Assembly (NCBI GenBank): GCA_025356085.1
Contig: JANXUV010000220.1
Span: 1 to 63,922, forward strand
Reading direction: 5' to 3'
Origin: Betaproteobacteria bacterium
Lineage (GTDB): Bacteria > Pseudomonadota > Gammaproteobacteria > Burkholderiales > SG8-39
Length of the DNA: 63,922 nt
The notes under the pieces are model-generated. The model was not told the origin of the DNA. It worked only from the letters and a program-made list of their open reading frames with translations, and searched no databases. Within the stretch, counting starts at the first letter, position 1, and every line of letters starts with the position of its first letter. Both the position numbers and the translations under genes were made by a program. This document shows positions 1 through 10,549 of this stretch, in pieces.

Positions 1-471
1 GCGCTTCTCGGCGATCCACTCCTTGAAGCCGCTCACGTTCGCGCCGCCCATCGGCGGGTTGGCGTTGATGCCGTCCCAGTCGCCCTTGCCAATCAGCAGT
101 GTCGCGTTCATGAACGGTACGAGCTGGCCGGTGTGGTCGGCGTGGAAGTGGCTGATGCCGACAAACTTCACCTGGTCGGGCGCGACGTTGGCCTGCTTGA
201 GAAGATCGGCGAGCGGCTTGTTCGTCGCGCTCGGAACCGAGCCCGGCAGGTACCCGGTGTCCCAGACCATGTAGTCGCTGCCATGCTTGATCAGGTAGCA
301 GCTGAAGGTGAAGGGCTTCGACGTCTCGGTGTACGCGTACGTGTCGCTGAAGCGGCGCGGGTCGTTAGAACCGCTGCCGCATTCGATGCGCGATAGCGTA
401 ACTTCGGCCGGCGCTTGCGCGAACGCCGCTGAACTCAGGCAGGCGGCTAGCAGAAAAAATTTCTTCAGCAT
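1..471 (-). CDS. MBL-fold metallo-hydrolase (AHL-lactonase-like), first 157 codons only; 3' end lies outside the window
   Basis: Absent from the ORF track because it runs off the window edge. Manual reverse translation from ATG at 469-471 (AGGGAG about 8 nt upstream) gives the signal peptide MLKKFFLLAACLSSAAFAQA. It also gives the metallo-beta-lactamase HxHxDH motif (HFHADH, nt 133-150). Confidence 0.75.
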   Translation of the reverse strand, partial: MLKKFFLLAACLSSAAFAQAPAEVTLSRIECGSGSNDPRRFSDTYAYTETSKPFTFSCYLIKHGSDYMVWDTGYLPGSVPSATNKPLADLLKQANVAPDQVKFVGISHFHADHTGQLVPFMNATLLIGKGDWDGINANPPMGGANVSGFKEWIAEKR

Positions 472-735
472 TGTTGTGCTCCCTCTTTGGCGGTGGACAG
501 AAGAGCGGGGAGTCTAATCGCCGGCACGACGGCCCCCTTGTTGCGCAGCAAGCTCAGCATTTTGCAAAGCAGCACGAATTTGAAATGTCTTCCCGTATCA
601 TGAAATGCCCACTCCCTAAATAGCTGTAAATCCTTGTTTTATTGCCATTCCATGATGCGGAGCAGCAATGTTGCTGCGCGTCATCCGGAGCCGTAATCTT
701 GGTGTTAGTTCAACACCTTGCCCACGGAGATACGG

Positions 736-2061
<1,326 letters not shown>

Positions 2062-2086
2062 GGCGGCCCGTAGGAGGAGCGGCCGG

Positions 2087-2659
2087 CTAGAAGAGGCCGG
2101 CCGCCAGCCCTCGCAAGTGCGCGAGCGGGATCATCAGAACCTGCAGGATCACGATCAAGATCAGCGGCGAAAGATCAAAATTACCCAGCAGCGGCACGTA
2201 CCGCCGGATCGGGCGCAGGAACGGGCGCAGGACCGCGTTGCAGACCGGCATCATGTCCGAGTGCGGCGCCACCCAGGACAGCACTACCAGCACCACGAGC
2301 ACGAAGATCAGGAAATAAAGGACGAAGCGCACTAAGTCAACCAGCGCCAGCCCCGCGAGGATGCCAGCCGCGATGTCGGGCGAGGAAGCGAAGCTGACGC
2401 CGGCCAGCGCATAGAACGCCCAGAGTGCGATGCCCTGGATCAGCCACGCCAGCAGCAGCGACGCAAAGTCCAGCCCGAACAGCGACGGAATCACGCGCCG
2501 CGCCGGGGCCACCATCCAGTTGGTCGCGGCAACGATGAAGTTGCCGGCCACATTGCGAAACGGCACTCGCAGCCACTGGAACAGGAAGCGCGCGAGCAGC
2601 AGGTAGACGAAGAAGCTCGTCACCACATCTACCAGCAATGTCGCTATCTGCTGCAGCAT
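2087..2659 (-). CDS. yggT: YggT family membrane protein
   Basis: 190-aa hydrophobic protein (MLQQIATLLVDVVTSFFVYLLLARFLFQW...). It sits in the conserved yggS-proC-yggT context. Confidence 0.8.
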   Translation of the reverse strand: MLQQIATLLVDVVTSFFVYLLLARFLFQWLRVPFRNVAGNFIVAATNWMVAPARRVIPSLFGLDFASLLLAWLIQGIALWAFYALAGVSFASSPDIAAGILAGLALVDLVRFVLYFLIFVLVVLVVLSWVAPHSDMMPVCNAVLRPFLRPIRRYVPLLGNFDLSPLILIVILQVLMIPLAHLRGLAAGLF

Positions 2660-2667
2660 TGCGCGGC

Positions 2668-3492
2668 TCAGTCCTTCGCCATCTGGCCGCCGAGCTCCAC
2701 GCCGCGGTCGCGCGCCGCTTCAATCGCACGCAGGAAACGCTCGGCCAGCTTCTGCTCCTCGAAAGCCTTGAGCGCCGCTTCCGTGGTGCCGCCCTTGGAA
2801 GTCACGCGCTCGCGCAGCGCCGTGGGCGAATCGGCGCTTTGCGCGGCGAGCCTGGCCGAGCCCAGCACCGTTTCGAGCGCCAGCTTCCGGGAGACTTCCG
2901 GCGGCAAGCCCAGCGACTCCCCGGCATTGGCGAGCTGCTCGATGAACCAGAACACGTAGGCCGGCCCGCTGCCGGAAATCGCGGTCACCGCATCCATCAG
3001 CGCTTCGTCCTCGATCCACACCGTGGCGCCCACTGCGCCGAGGATCGCGTCGGTCTGCTTGCGTTCGGCTTCGTTCACGCCGGGCATCGCGTACAGTCCG
3101 CTGACGCCGGCGCCGATCAGCGCCGGCGTATTGGGCATCACCCGCACCAGCTTGGCATGGCCGCCGAGCCAGCCCGCGAGGCTCGCCAGCGTGATGCCCG
3201 CGGCGATGCTCACCACCAGGTTGGCGTTCGGCTTGAGGCCCGAGAAGCGCGCTGCCTCCTGCATCTGCTGCGGCTTGACCGCGAATACCACCACTTCGCC
3301 CGGCCGGATATTGCCGCGCGACTCGGCGATGCACTCAACGCGGTATTTTTCGAACAGGCGCCGGCGCGCCGCGCCGTCCACTTCCACCGCGCGCAGCTGG
3401 CTGGCGGCAAAACCGCTCTTCAGCATGCCGCCGATCAGCGCATCGGCCATGTTGCCGCCGCCGATGAAGATCACATTCATTGCGACGTTCAT
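2668..3492 (-). CDS. proC: pyrroline-5-carboxylate reductase
   Basis: N-terminal NAD(P) fold IFIGGGNMADALIGG. The 274-aa length is typical. ATGA overlap with the yggS stop (3489-3492). Confidence 0.92.
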   Translation of the reverse strand: MNVAMNVIFIGGGNMADALIGGMLKSGFAASQLRAVEVDGAARRRLFEKYRVECIAESRGNIRPGEVVVFAVKPQQMQEAARFSGLKPNANLVVSIAAGITLASLAGWLGGHAKLVRVMPNTPALIGAGVSGLYAMPGVNEAERKQTDAILGAVGATVWIEDEALMDAVTAISGSGPAYVFWFIEQLANAGESLGLPPEVSRKLALETVLGSARLAAQSADSPTALRERVTSKGGTTEAALKAFEEQKLAERFLRAIEAARDRGVELGGQMAKD

Positions 3493-4175
3493 GCAGCCGG
3501 CCTGATCTTGCGGCGCGCGCCGAAAATCGCGGTACCGACGCGCACCATGGTCGAGCCTTCGGCGATGGCGGTTTCCATGTCGTCGGACATGCCGACGGAC
3601 AGGGTATCGAAGCCGAATTCGCCTTTCAGTTTCTCGTACAGGCTCTTCAATTGCCGGTAGCGAACCACGCTCGCCCCCGGCTCCGGAACCGCCATCAGCC
3701 CGCGCAGCTTCAGGCGCGGCAGTTTATGGATGGATTCTGAAAGTGAAAAAACCTTGTCGGCGGCGACACCACCCTTGCTCGCTTCGCCGGAAACATTCAC
3801 CTGGATCAGCACATTGAGCGGCGGCAATCCCGCCGGGCGCTGCTCGGAAAGACGGCGCGCGACTTTTTCGCTGTCGATGCCGTGCACCCAGTCGAAGCGC
3901 TCGGCCACCAGGCGCGTCTTGTTGCTCTGCAGGGGGCCAATCAGGTGCCATTCAATGGAATTTTCGGTGAGCGCATCCATTTTCTCCAGCGCTTCCTGCA
4001 CGTAGTTCTCGCCGAACGCCCGCTGACCCGCCTGCAGGGCTTGTTCAACCAGCGCCGCCGGATGGGTCTTCGAAACCGCCAAAAGCGTCACGTCGAGGGG
4101 GGCGCGGCCGGCCGCCGCCGCAGCGCTGGAAATGCGCTGTCGCACAGCTTGCAAGTTGTCATCGATTGCCCGCAT
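3489..4175 (-). CDS. yggS: YggS family pyridoxal-phosphate homeostasis protein
   Basis: MRAIDDNLQAVRQRI...LLAVSKTHP...GENYVQE...WHLIGPLQSNK is the typical YggS/alanine-racemase-N fold. Start trimmed to ATG 4175, because the upstream part of ORF 3489..4388 overlaps pilT. Confidence 0.88.
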   Translation of the reverse strand: MRAIDDNLQAVRQRISSAAAAAGRAPLDVTLLAVSKTHPAALVEQALQAGQRAFGENYVQEALEKMDALTENSIEWHLIGPLQSNKTRLVAERFDWVHGIDSEKVARRLSEQRPAGLPPLNVLIQVNVSGEASKGGVAADKVFSLSESIHKLPRLKLRGLMAVPEPGASVVRYRQLKSLYEKLKGEFGFDTLSVGMSDDMETAIAEGSTMVRVGTAIFGARRKIRPAA

Positions 4176-4206
4176 ACTTTGTCCGTTCGCTATCCGGGGA
4201 ATTGTA

Positions 4207-5250
4207 ATGGATCTCACTGAATTGCTTGCCTTTGTCGTCAAGAACAAGGCTTCCGACCTGCACTTGTCGTCGGGCCTGCCGCCGATGATCCGCGTGCACG
4301 GCGACATCAAGCGCATCAACCTGCCCGCCATGGAGCACAAGGACGTGCACTCCATGCTGTACGACATCATGAACGACGGGCAGCGCAAGTTCTACGAAGA
4401 AAACCTGGAATGCGACTTTTCGTTCGCGATTCCGAATCTCGCGCGCTTTCGCGTCAACGCCTTCGTGCAGAACCGCGGCGCCGCGGCGGTGCTGCGGACG
4501 ATTCCCTCCAAGATCTTGTCGCTGGAAGATCTGAAGTGCCCGAAAATCTTCAAGGATCTCGCCGACCAGCCGCGCGGCGTGGTGCTGGTGACCGGGCCGA
4601 CCGGATCGGGCAAGTCCACCACGCTCGCGGCGATGGTCAACCACAAGAACGAGAACGAGGAAGGCCACATCCTCACCATCGAGGACCCGATCGAGTTCGT
4701 GCACGAATCGAAGAAGTGCCTGATCAACCAGCGCGAGGTCGGGCCGCACACGCTGTCGTTCTCCAACGCGCTGCGCAGCGCGCTGCGCGAAGACCCGGAC
4801 GTGATCCTGGTCGGCGAGATGCGCGACCTGGAAACCATCCGCCTCGCGCTCTCGGGCGCGGAAACCGGCCACCTGGTGTTCGGCACGCTGCATACCTCGT
4901 CAGCGGCGAAGACCATCGACCGGATCGTGGACGTGTTCCCGGCGGCCGAGAAGGAAATGATCCGCGCGATGATCTCGGAGTCGATCCGCGCCATCATTTC
5001 GCAGACGCTGCTGAAGACCAAGGACGGCCATGGCCGCTGCGCCGCGCACGAAATCATGGTCGGCACGCCGGCGATCCGCAACCTGATCCGCGAGAACAAG
5101 ATCGCGCAGATGTACTCCTCGATCCAGACCGGCGCGCAACTCGGCATGCAGACGCTCGACCAGAACCTGCAGGATCTGGTGAAACGCAACATCGTCTCGA
5201 TGGCCGAGGCGCGCGGCAAGGCCGCCAACAAAGACAACTTCGCGGGGTAA
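4207..5250 (+). CDS. pilT: type IV pilus twitching motility ATPase PilT
   Basis: MDLTELLAFVVKNKASDLHLSSGLPPMIRVHGD... with Walker A GPTGSGKST, Walker B and His box. Start trimmed to ATG 4207. Confidence 0.95.
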   Translation: MDLTELLAFVVKNKASDLHLSSGLPPMIRVHGDIKRINLPAMEHKDVHSMLYDIMNDGQRKFYEENLECDFSFAIPNLARFRVNAFVQNRGAAAVLRTIPSKILSLEDLKCPKIFKDLADQPRGVVLVTGPTGSGKSTTLAAMVNHKNENEEGHILTIEDPIEFVHESKKCLINQREVGPHTLSFSNALRSALREDPDVILVGEMRDLETIRLALSGAETGHLVFGTLHTSSAAKTIDRIVDVFPAAEKEMIRAMISESIRAIISQTLLKTKDGHGRCAAHEIMVGTPAIRNLIRENKIAQMYSSIQTGAQLGMQTLDQNLQDLVKRNIVSMAEARGKAANKDNFAG

Positions 5251-5255
5251 CGCAC

Positions 5256-6392
5256 ATGGAACGCGAGCAGGCAGTCAAATTCATCTACGACCTTCTGCGC
5301 GCGCTGCTCGCGAAGAAGGGTTCGGACCTTTTCATCACCGCGGGCTTTCCGCCGGCGATGAAGATCGACAGCAAGATGACCCCGGTGTCGCAGACGGCGC
5401 TCAATGCCCAGCACACCGCGATGCTGGTGCGCTCGGTCATGAACGACAAGCAGGCGGCGGAGTTCGAGTCGACCAAGGAATGCAACTTCGCCATCGCCCC
5501 TGCCGGCATCGGCCGCTTCCGCGTCAACTGCTTCATCCAGCAGGGCCAGGTTGGCGCGGTGATGCGCGTCATTACCACCTCGATCCCGAACTTTGACGAC
5601 CTCAAGCTGCCGCCGGTGCTGAAGGACGTCGCCATGACCAAGCGCGGCCTGGTGCTGTTCGTCGGCGGCACGGGCTCCGGCAAATCCACCTCGCTGGCGG
5701 CGATGATCGGTTACCGCAACGAGAACTCGCACGGCCACATCATCACCATCGAGGATCCGGTCGAGTACGTGCATCCGCACAAGAACTGCGTAATCACCCA
5801 GCGCGAAGTCGGGGTGGATACCGACTCCTGGGAATCGGCGCTGAAGAACACCCTGCGCCAGGCGCCCGACGTGATCCTGATCGGCGAGATCCGCGAGATG
5901 GAGGTCATGGAGCACGCCGTGGCGTTCGCCGAAACCGGCCACCTGGCGCTCGGCACGCTGCACGCCAACAACTCCAACCAGGCGATGGACCGCATCATCA
6001 ACTTCTTCCCCGAGCAGCGCCGCCACCAGCTGCTGATGGACCTGTCGCTGAACTTGAAAGCGGTGATCTCGCAGCGCCTGATCCCGCTGAAGGAAGGCAA
6101 GGGCCGCGCCGCCGCGATCGAAGTGCTGCTCAACTCCCCGCTGATCAGCGACCTGATCTTCAAGGGAGAGATCCACGGCATCAAGGAAATCATGAAGAAG
6201 TCGCGCGAACTCGGCATGCAGACCTTCGACCAGGCGCTGTTCGACCTGTTCGAGGCCGGCCGCATCAGTTACGAAGACGCCCTGCGCTTCGCCGACTCGA
6301 CCAACGAAGTCCGCCTCAACATCAAGCTGCACGGCAAGGACTCAAAGGACAAGGACCTCACCAAGGGCCTTGAGCACCTCGACATCGTCTAG
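5256..6392 (+). CDS. pilU: PilT/PilU family type IV pilus ATPase
   Basis: MEREQAVKFIYDLLRALLAKKGSDLFITAGFPPAMK... with Walker A GGTGSGKST. It starts 5 nt after the pilT stop, as the in-frame tail of ORF 4410..6392. Confidence 0.92.
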   Translation: MEREQAVKFIYDLLRALLAKKGSDLFITAGFPPAMKIDSKMTPVSQTALNAQHTAMLVRSVMNDKQAAEFESTKECNFAIAPAGIGRFRVNCFIQQGQVGAVMRVITTSIPNFDDLKLPPVLKDVAMTKRGLVLFVGGTGSGKSTSLAAMIGYRNENSHGHIITIEDPVEYVHPHKNCVITQREVGVDTDSWESALKNTLRQAPDVILIGEIREMEVMEHAVAFAETGHLALGTLHANNSNQAMDRIINFFPEQRRHQLLMDLSLNLKAVISQRLIPLKEGKGRAAAIEVLLNSPLISDLIFKGEIHGIKEIMKKSRELGMQTFDQALFDLFEAGRISYEDALRFADSTNEVRLNIKLHGKDSKDKDLTKGLEHLDIV

Positions 6393-6413
6393 CCGCAACG
6401 GCAGGACGAATAG

Positions 6414-6445
6414 AAAAAAGGGCGCGCAAGCGCCCTTTCCCATTT
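6414..6445 (+). terminator. rho-independent terminator after pilU
   Basis: GGGCGC-gcaa-GCGCCC stem-loop (6420-6435) followed by TTTCCCATTT, with an A-tract upstream. Confidence 0.7.
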
Positions 6446-6521
6446 GCGGAGGTGGAATTGCTTTTCGTCCTCTCCGCGTCTAACGTATTGGTGCTCGCAA
6501 TTTTCGGGTCCATTCTCACTC

Positions 6522-6974
6522 ATGTCCGCACCGTCGAACGCCCTGCTTGAGCCGCTATGGTTTTTACTTTTCTTTGCGGCCATGTGGTTCGGTATTGGCG
6601 CTCTGCTTTCCAATCTTGCCGGCTGGCCGGGCCTGGCGGCTCGTTTCCGGTCAACTGAGACAATAGAAGGCGAGCGTTTCAGATTTACTTCCGGTTCCGT
6701 TGGAGCTTCCTCCCGGTTTCCCGTCGGTTATCGTAATTGTTTGTTCTTCACGGTGGGCGAGACGGGATTTCTTATTAGGGTACTTTTCCTATTTCGCTTC
6801 CTTACTCCGCCTTTGTTTATTCCGTGGGCGCGGGTCGAATCGATTGCCGAGGGACGTCTCTGGTTTGTCCGACACATGGTGATTCGCATTCGTGGCTGTT
6901 CCACAAAAATCATGATTCCGGGTCGAGCCGGTCAGAGCATTGCGCAAGGGTACGCACGCTTCTCGTCACGTTAG
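6522..6974 (+). CDS. hypothetical membrane protein (orphan, in a low-GC islet)
   Basis: ORF 6444..6974. The TTG at 6444 lies in the pilU terminator tail, so ATG 6522 is preferred. One clear hydrophobic helix (LLEPLWFLLFFAAMWFGIGALLSNLAG). No family recognised. Local GC is about 50%, against about 65% in the flanks. Confidence 0.45.
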   Translation: MSAPSNALLEPLWFLLFFAAMWFGIGALLSNLAGWPGLAARFRSTETIEGERFRFTSGSVGASSRFPVGYRNCLFFTVGETGFLIRVLFLFRFLTPPLFIPWARVESIAEGRLWFVRHMVIRIRGCSTKIMIPGRAGQSIAQGYARFSSR

Positions 6975-7002
6975 ACGCTGTCAGTACACATGGGCGCACC
7001 CG

Positions 7003-8142
7003 CTAGCGGCGGTTGCTGCCGGCGACGATGGCGATTTCGAACAGGCGACATTCGAGCGCGCCATTGAACAGCGGCACCCGGCGCGAGGGCTGCAGGCGCA
7101 TCAGCTTCGGCAGCCGCATGTCAGCGGTGAAGAAGTGGCAGCGCCAGCCGGGATAGTTCTTCTTAAGCGCGCTGCCCAGCTTCGGATAGAACTCCGCCAG
7201 TTCTTCCTTGGAGCCGATGCGCTCGCCGTAGGGCGGGTTGGCGATCATCACGCCAGCGGCCGCGGGCGCCGGGCGATCGAGAATGTCGACCAGTTCGAGC
7301 TTTACCCAGCGGTCCACGCCCGCGGCGGCGACGTTGCGCCGCCCGTCGCCCAGCACGCGCGGATCGTTATCGCTGCCGAAAATCTGCAGGTTCCTGGGGG
7401 GATTGCCGGGTTTCAGGGAATCCTTCTTGACGCTCTCCCAGACTGAATTCTCGAACACCTTCAATTTCTCGAAGCCGAAGCGGCGGCTGGCGCCGGGCGC
7501 CCTGCCCCTGGCCATCGCCGCGGCCTCGACCAGCAGCGTGCCGCCACCGCACATGGGATCCAACAGCGGTTCGTCCGGCTTCCAGCCCGACAGCATGACG
7601 ATGCCCGCGGCGAGGTTCTCGCGCAGCGGCGCTTCGCCCGCGCCGGCGCGCCAGCCGCGCTTGAAAAGCGGTTCGCCCGAGGTGTCGAGGTAGAACGCGC
7701 CGCGCGCGGATTCGAGGAAGGCATGCACGCGCACGTCCGGATTGGCGCGGTCGATGTTCGGCCGGCTGCCGACGGTTTCGCGGAAGCGGTCGCAGACTGC
7801 GTCCTTGATGCGCAGCGTGGCGAAATCCAGGCTGGTCAGCGGGCTCTTCTGCGCCGACACGTTGACCCGCAGCGTGCGCTCCACGGTGAAGTAGCGCATC
7901 CAGTCCACCTTGCGCGCCGCCTCGTGCAGGTCGGTCTCGTCGGTGTAGTTGAACTCGGCGACGCGCCAGAGCACCCGCGAGGCCAGGCGCGACCAGAGAT
8001 TGGCCGCATAGCAGACGCGCCAATCGCCTGAAAACGCCACCCCACCGGCCACGGCGGCGGGATTCTGCGCGCCCAGCGAAGTGAGCTCGGCGGCCAGCAG
8101 TGGCTCGAGGCCGCGCGGCGCTGAGGCGAAAAAATGTTCCAC
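7003..8142 (-). CDS. THUMP-domain class I SAM-dependent RNA methyltransferase (RlmL N-terminal-half-like)
   Basis: 379 aa. Has a THUMP-like N-terminus, the SAM motif LLDPMCGGGTLLVEAA and the catalytic NPPYG. GTG start at 8142. Confidence 0.85.
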   Translation of the reverse strand: MEHFFASAPRGLEPLLAAELTSLGAQNPAAVAGGVAFSGDWRVCYAANLWSRLASRVLWRVAEFNYTDETDLHEAARKVDWMRYFTVERTLRVNVSAQKSPLTSLDFATLRIKDAVCDRFRETVGSRPNIDRANPDVRVHAFLESARGAFYLDTSGEPLFKRGWRAGAGEAPLRENLAAGIVMLSGWKPDEPLLDPMCGGGTLLVEAAAMARGRAPGASRRFGFEKLKVFENSVWESVKKDSLKPGNPPRNLQIFGSDNDPRVLGDGRRNVAAAGVDRWVKLELVDILDRPAPAAAGVMIANPPYGERIGSKEELAEFYPKLGSALKKNYPGWRCHFFTADMRLPKLMRLQPSRRVPLFNGALECRLFEIAIVAGSNRR

Positions 8143-8558
8143 TACTGCGGTTTAAAGACGACGAGCAGGACGATCGCGGCAAGGACCAGGACCGGGAACT
8201 CGTTGAACCAGCGGTACCAGACGTGGCCGTGCGTGTTGCGCTCGTGCCGGAAATCCAACAGCAGCTTGCCGCACCAGACGTGGTAGCCCACGAGCACCGC
8301 GACCAGGCAGAGCTTGGCGTGCAGCCACAGGCCGGCGCCCTGGAACCAGCCGAGCCAGAGCCACAGGCCGAAGAAGATCGTCAGCACCGCGCCCGGCGTG
8401 GCGATGCCCCAGAACACTTTGCGCTCCATGATCTTGAAACGGTCGAGCGAGATCCGGTCGTCGGCTTGCGCGTGGTAGACGAACAGGCGCGGCAGGTAGA
8501 AGAGGCCGGCCATCCAGGTCACCATGAAGATGATGTGCAGAGATTTGACCAGCAGCAT
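8142..8558 (-). CDS. hemJ: protoporphyrinogen oxidase HemJ
   Basis: 138 aa with 4 TM segments. MLLVKSLHIIFMVTWMAGLFYLPRLFVYH matches the HemJ (UPF0093) N-terminal signature. Trimmed from ORF 8142..8969. Confidence 0.85.
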   Translation of the reverse strand: MLLVKSLHIIFMVTWMAGLFYLPRLFVYHAQADDRISLDRFKIMERKVFWGIATPGAVLTIFFGLWLWLGWFQGAGLWLHAKLCLVAVLVGYHVWCGKLLLDFRHERNTHGHVWYRWFNEFPVLVLAAIVLLVVFKPQ

Positions 8559-8560
8559 GC

Positions 8561-9163
8561 CTATCCTTGCTTCCAGTTGTTGGCGATGATGGCGCGCAGG
8601 ATATTCAGGCGGCGGTGGAAGAAATGGTCCGCGCCGGGCACCACCACCACCGGCAGGTCCTGCGGCTTCGCCCAGGCGAGCACGTCGGTGAGCAGTACAG
8701 TGGTGTCCTCTTCGCCGTGGATCAGGATCGTATCTGCGGGTACCGGCAATGCTTCCAGGTGCTTTACTGCGACGCCGACCAGCGCCATGCGTTCCGGCTT
8801 GACGAGTTGCGCGAGTTTGGTTTGGACCGCGGCACCGAATGAAAAACCGGCGAGCACGGGTTTTTCGGCACCCACATGCTTGAGTACCGCCGCCAGATCC
8901 TCGACCTCTCCCCGTCCCTCGTCGTGCGTGCCTTCGCTGGCGCCGACACCGCGGAAGTTTGGCCGCCATGCCGTGTAGCCCAGCTCGACGAACGCGCGCG
9001 CCAGCGTCTGCGCCACCTTGTTGTCCAGCGCTCCGCCAAACAGTGGATGCGGATGCGCGACGAGCGCGACGCCGCGCGATGTCCGTCCTTCCGGCTCATC
9101 GATCACGCATTCTATTTTTCCCGCCGGACCCGCGATCAGTTCGCGCCGGGTAACGGCACGCAT
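8561..9163 (-). CDS. alpha/beta hydrolase
   Basis: 200 aa. GFSFG nucleophile elbow (GxSxG) and a C-terminal GADHFF His motif. Start at ATG 9163 overlaps the ferredoxin stop (TAATG). Confidence 0.75.
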   Translation of the reverse strand: MRAVTRRELIAGPAGKIECVIDEPEGRTSRGVALVAHPHPLFGGALDNKVAQTLARAFVELGYTAWRPNFRGVGASEGTHDEGRGEVEDLAAVLKHVGAEKPVLAGFSFGAAVQTKLAQLVKPERMALVGVAVKHLEALPVPADTILIHGEEDTTVLLTDVLAWAKPQDLPVVVVPGADHFFHRRLNILRAIIANNWKQG

Positions 9164-9474
9164 TAGATACGAAGCCGTTCGACGATACGGCCCTGCTGCA
9201 GGTGCTGCTCGATGATTTCGTCGATGTCGGCGCGATCGATGTAGGTGTACCAGACCGCATCCGGATAGACCACGATGCACGGACCCTCTTCACAGCGGTC
9301 CAGGCAGCCGGCCTGGTTGACGCGAAGCTTGCCTTCACCCGCAATACCCAATTCCTTGACGCGCTGCTTGGCGTAATCGCGCATTGCTGACGCACCCTTG
9401 GCGTTGCAGGAAGGCCGGTCATTGCCCTCGCGCTGGTTGCAGCAGAAGAATATGTGCCGTTCGTAGTACGACAT
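9163..9474 (-). CDS. thioredoxin-like [2Fe-2S] ferredoxin
   Basis: 103 aa. Cys ligands at FFCCNQRE..RPSC and ..AGCLDRCEEGPC are typical of the (2Fe-2S) ferredoxin-domain family. Confidence 0.8.
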   Translation of the reverse strand: MSYYERHIFFCCNQREGNDRPSCNAKGASAMRDYAKQRVKELGIAGEGKLRVNQAGCLDRCEEGPCIVVYPDAVWYTYIDRADIDEIIEQHLQQGRIVERLRI

Positions 9475-9483
9475 CGGGCGATT

Positions 9484-10548
9484 TTACCGGACCGGCTCTC
9501 GCAGACGCGCTGAGGCGAGATAAACCAGGTAGACCAGCGCCGCGAACGGCCACGCTGCCGACACCAGGCGCGTCAGGCCGTTGAAGTTTAGGAAGTGGCC
9601 CTGTTCCCAGACTTTCAGCGTCGCCGCGAAATACGGGTTCGGCGGGGAAAGATTGACCAGCACGGTCGCCGTCATCAGCAGCGCCGCAGCCAGCGCCAGG
9701 CGCGCGGTGCTCGGCAAGCGCATTGCCGTCAAGGCGAGCGCCGAGCCCGCCGCAAGGCCCAGCAGCGCACCGGGCGTCAGCCAGGCGAGCACGTGTTCGG
9801 CATGCATCAGGATCGCGAACGCAAAGGTCTTCACCACCAGTGCGACCACGATCAATGCGGCCACCAGCCGGCGCACCGGTGCACCCTCCCTCACTCCCGC
9901 CGAGGCCAGTAGCGCCACCGCCGCGAGGTTCGCCGCCGTGGTCACGGCCTCGACGGAAACGAATAGTTCCGCGGTGTGGCGCTCCCCCACCGCGCCGCTG
10001 AACAGGTCTCGCAGGTCGCCGGTGCCGAACAGCAGCGTCGCCGGGTTGAGCTGGGCGAACAGCCACAGGCCGAGCAGCGTCAGGCCGAGATCGGCGGCGG
10101 TGCCGGCAGCCACCGCTTCTGCGCGCAGCCGCCGCAGCGGCCCCTCCAGCAGGCCCGGCGCCAGCCAGGCGCCGGCAAGGCCGCCGCAGGCGGCGCCGGC
10201 GACATTGGTGATGACATCGACATTCGAAGCAATGCGCGCCGGCAGGAAACTCTGCACCGCCTCGAGCGCGGGCGAGAGCGTCGCCGCGCTGGCCACCGCG
10301 AGCAGCACCGCGGCGGCGGGCCGCAGTCGCGGCCGCAGCGCGAGCACGCACAGCAAGCCGTACGGCAGATAGCCGAAGAAGTTGGCGCCAAGGTCGAACG
10401 CGGTGACATAGCGCGGCCACGGTGCGATGAGAAAAGCGAACGCCGAGCCGCCGGAATCGCGCCATCCCGACAGCGGATACAGCGACGCGTAGACAACGAG
10501 TACGACGTAGACGACGAAATAGAAACGAGCGAGCGACGACTCGCGCAA
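9484..10548 (-). CDS. VanZ-like family membrane protein with a long C-terminal polytopic extension
   Basis: 354 aa. VanZ-like N-terminus (FYFVVYVVLVVYASLYPLSGW...NVDVITNVAGAACGG) followed by several more TM helices. TTG start. Confidence 0.65.
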   Translation of the reverse strand: MRESSLARFYFVVYVVLVVYASLYPLSGWRDSGGSAFAFLIAPWPRYVTAFDLGANFFGYLPYGLLCVLALRPRLRPAAAVLLAVASAATLSPALEAVQSFLPARIASNVDVITNVAGAACGGLAGAWLAPGLLEGPLRRLRAEAVAAGTAADLGLTLLGLWLFAQLNPATLLFGTGDLRDLFSGAVGERHTAELFVSVEAVTTAANLAAVALLASAGVREGAPVRRLVAALIVVALVVKTFAFAILMHAEHVLAWLTPGALLGLAAGSALALTAMRLPSTARLALAAALLMTATVLVNLSPPNPYFAATLKVWEQGHFLNFNGLTRLVSAAWPFAALVYLVYLASARLREPVR

Positions 10549-10549
10549 G

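Noticed and set aside
4392-6332. 646-aa minus-strand ORF covering pilT and pilU
   Set aside because: It is antisense to two genes with unambiguous Walker A/B and PilT motifs. Its product is Arg/Ala/His/Val/Leu-rich and low in complexity, as expected for shadow ORFs in about 65% GC DNA, and it has no motifs.
6420-6435. The same 16-nt hairpin core, GGGCGCGCAAGCGCCC, occurs in the pilU terminator and again in the amtB terminator (62092-62107), so a dispersed repeat family was considered
   Set aside because: It is a short GC stem with a GNRA (GCAA) tetraloop, which is a common convergent terminator design. The flanks share no similarity, so it is not evidence for a mobile repeat.
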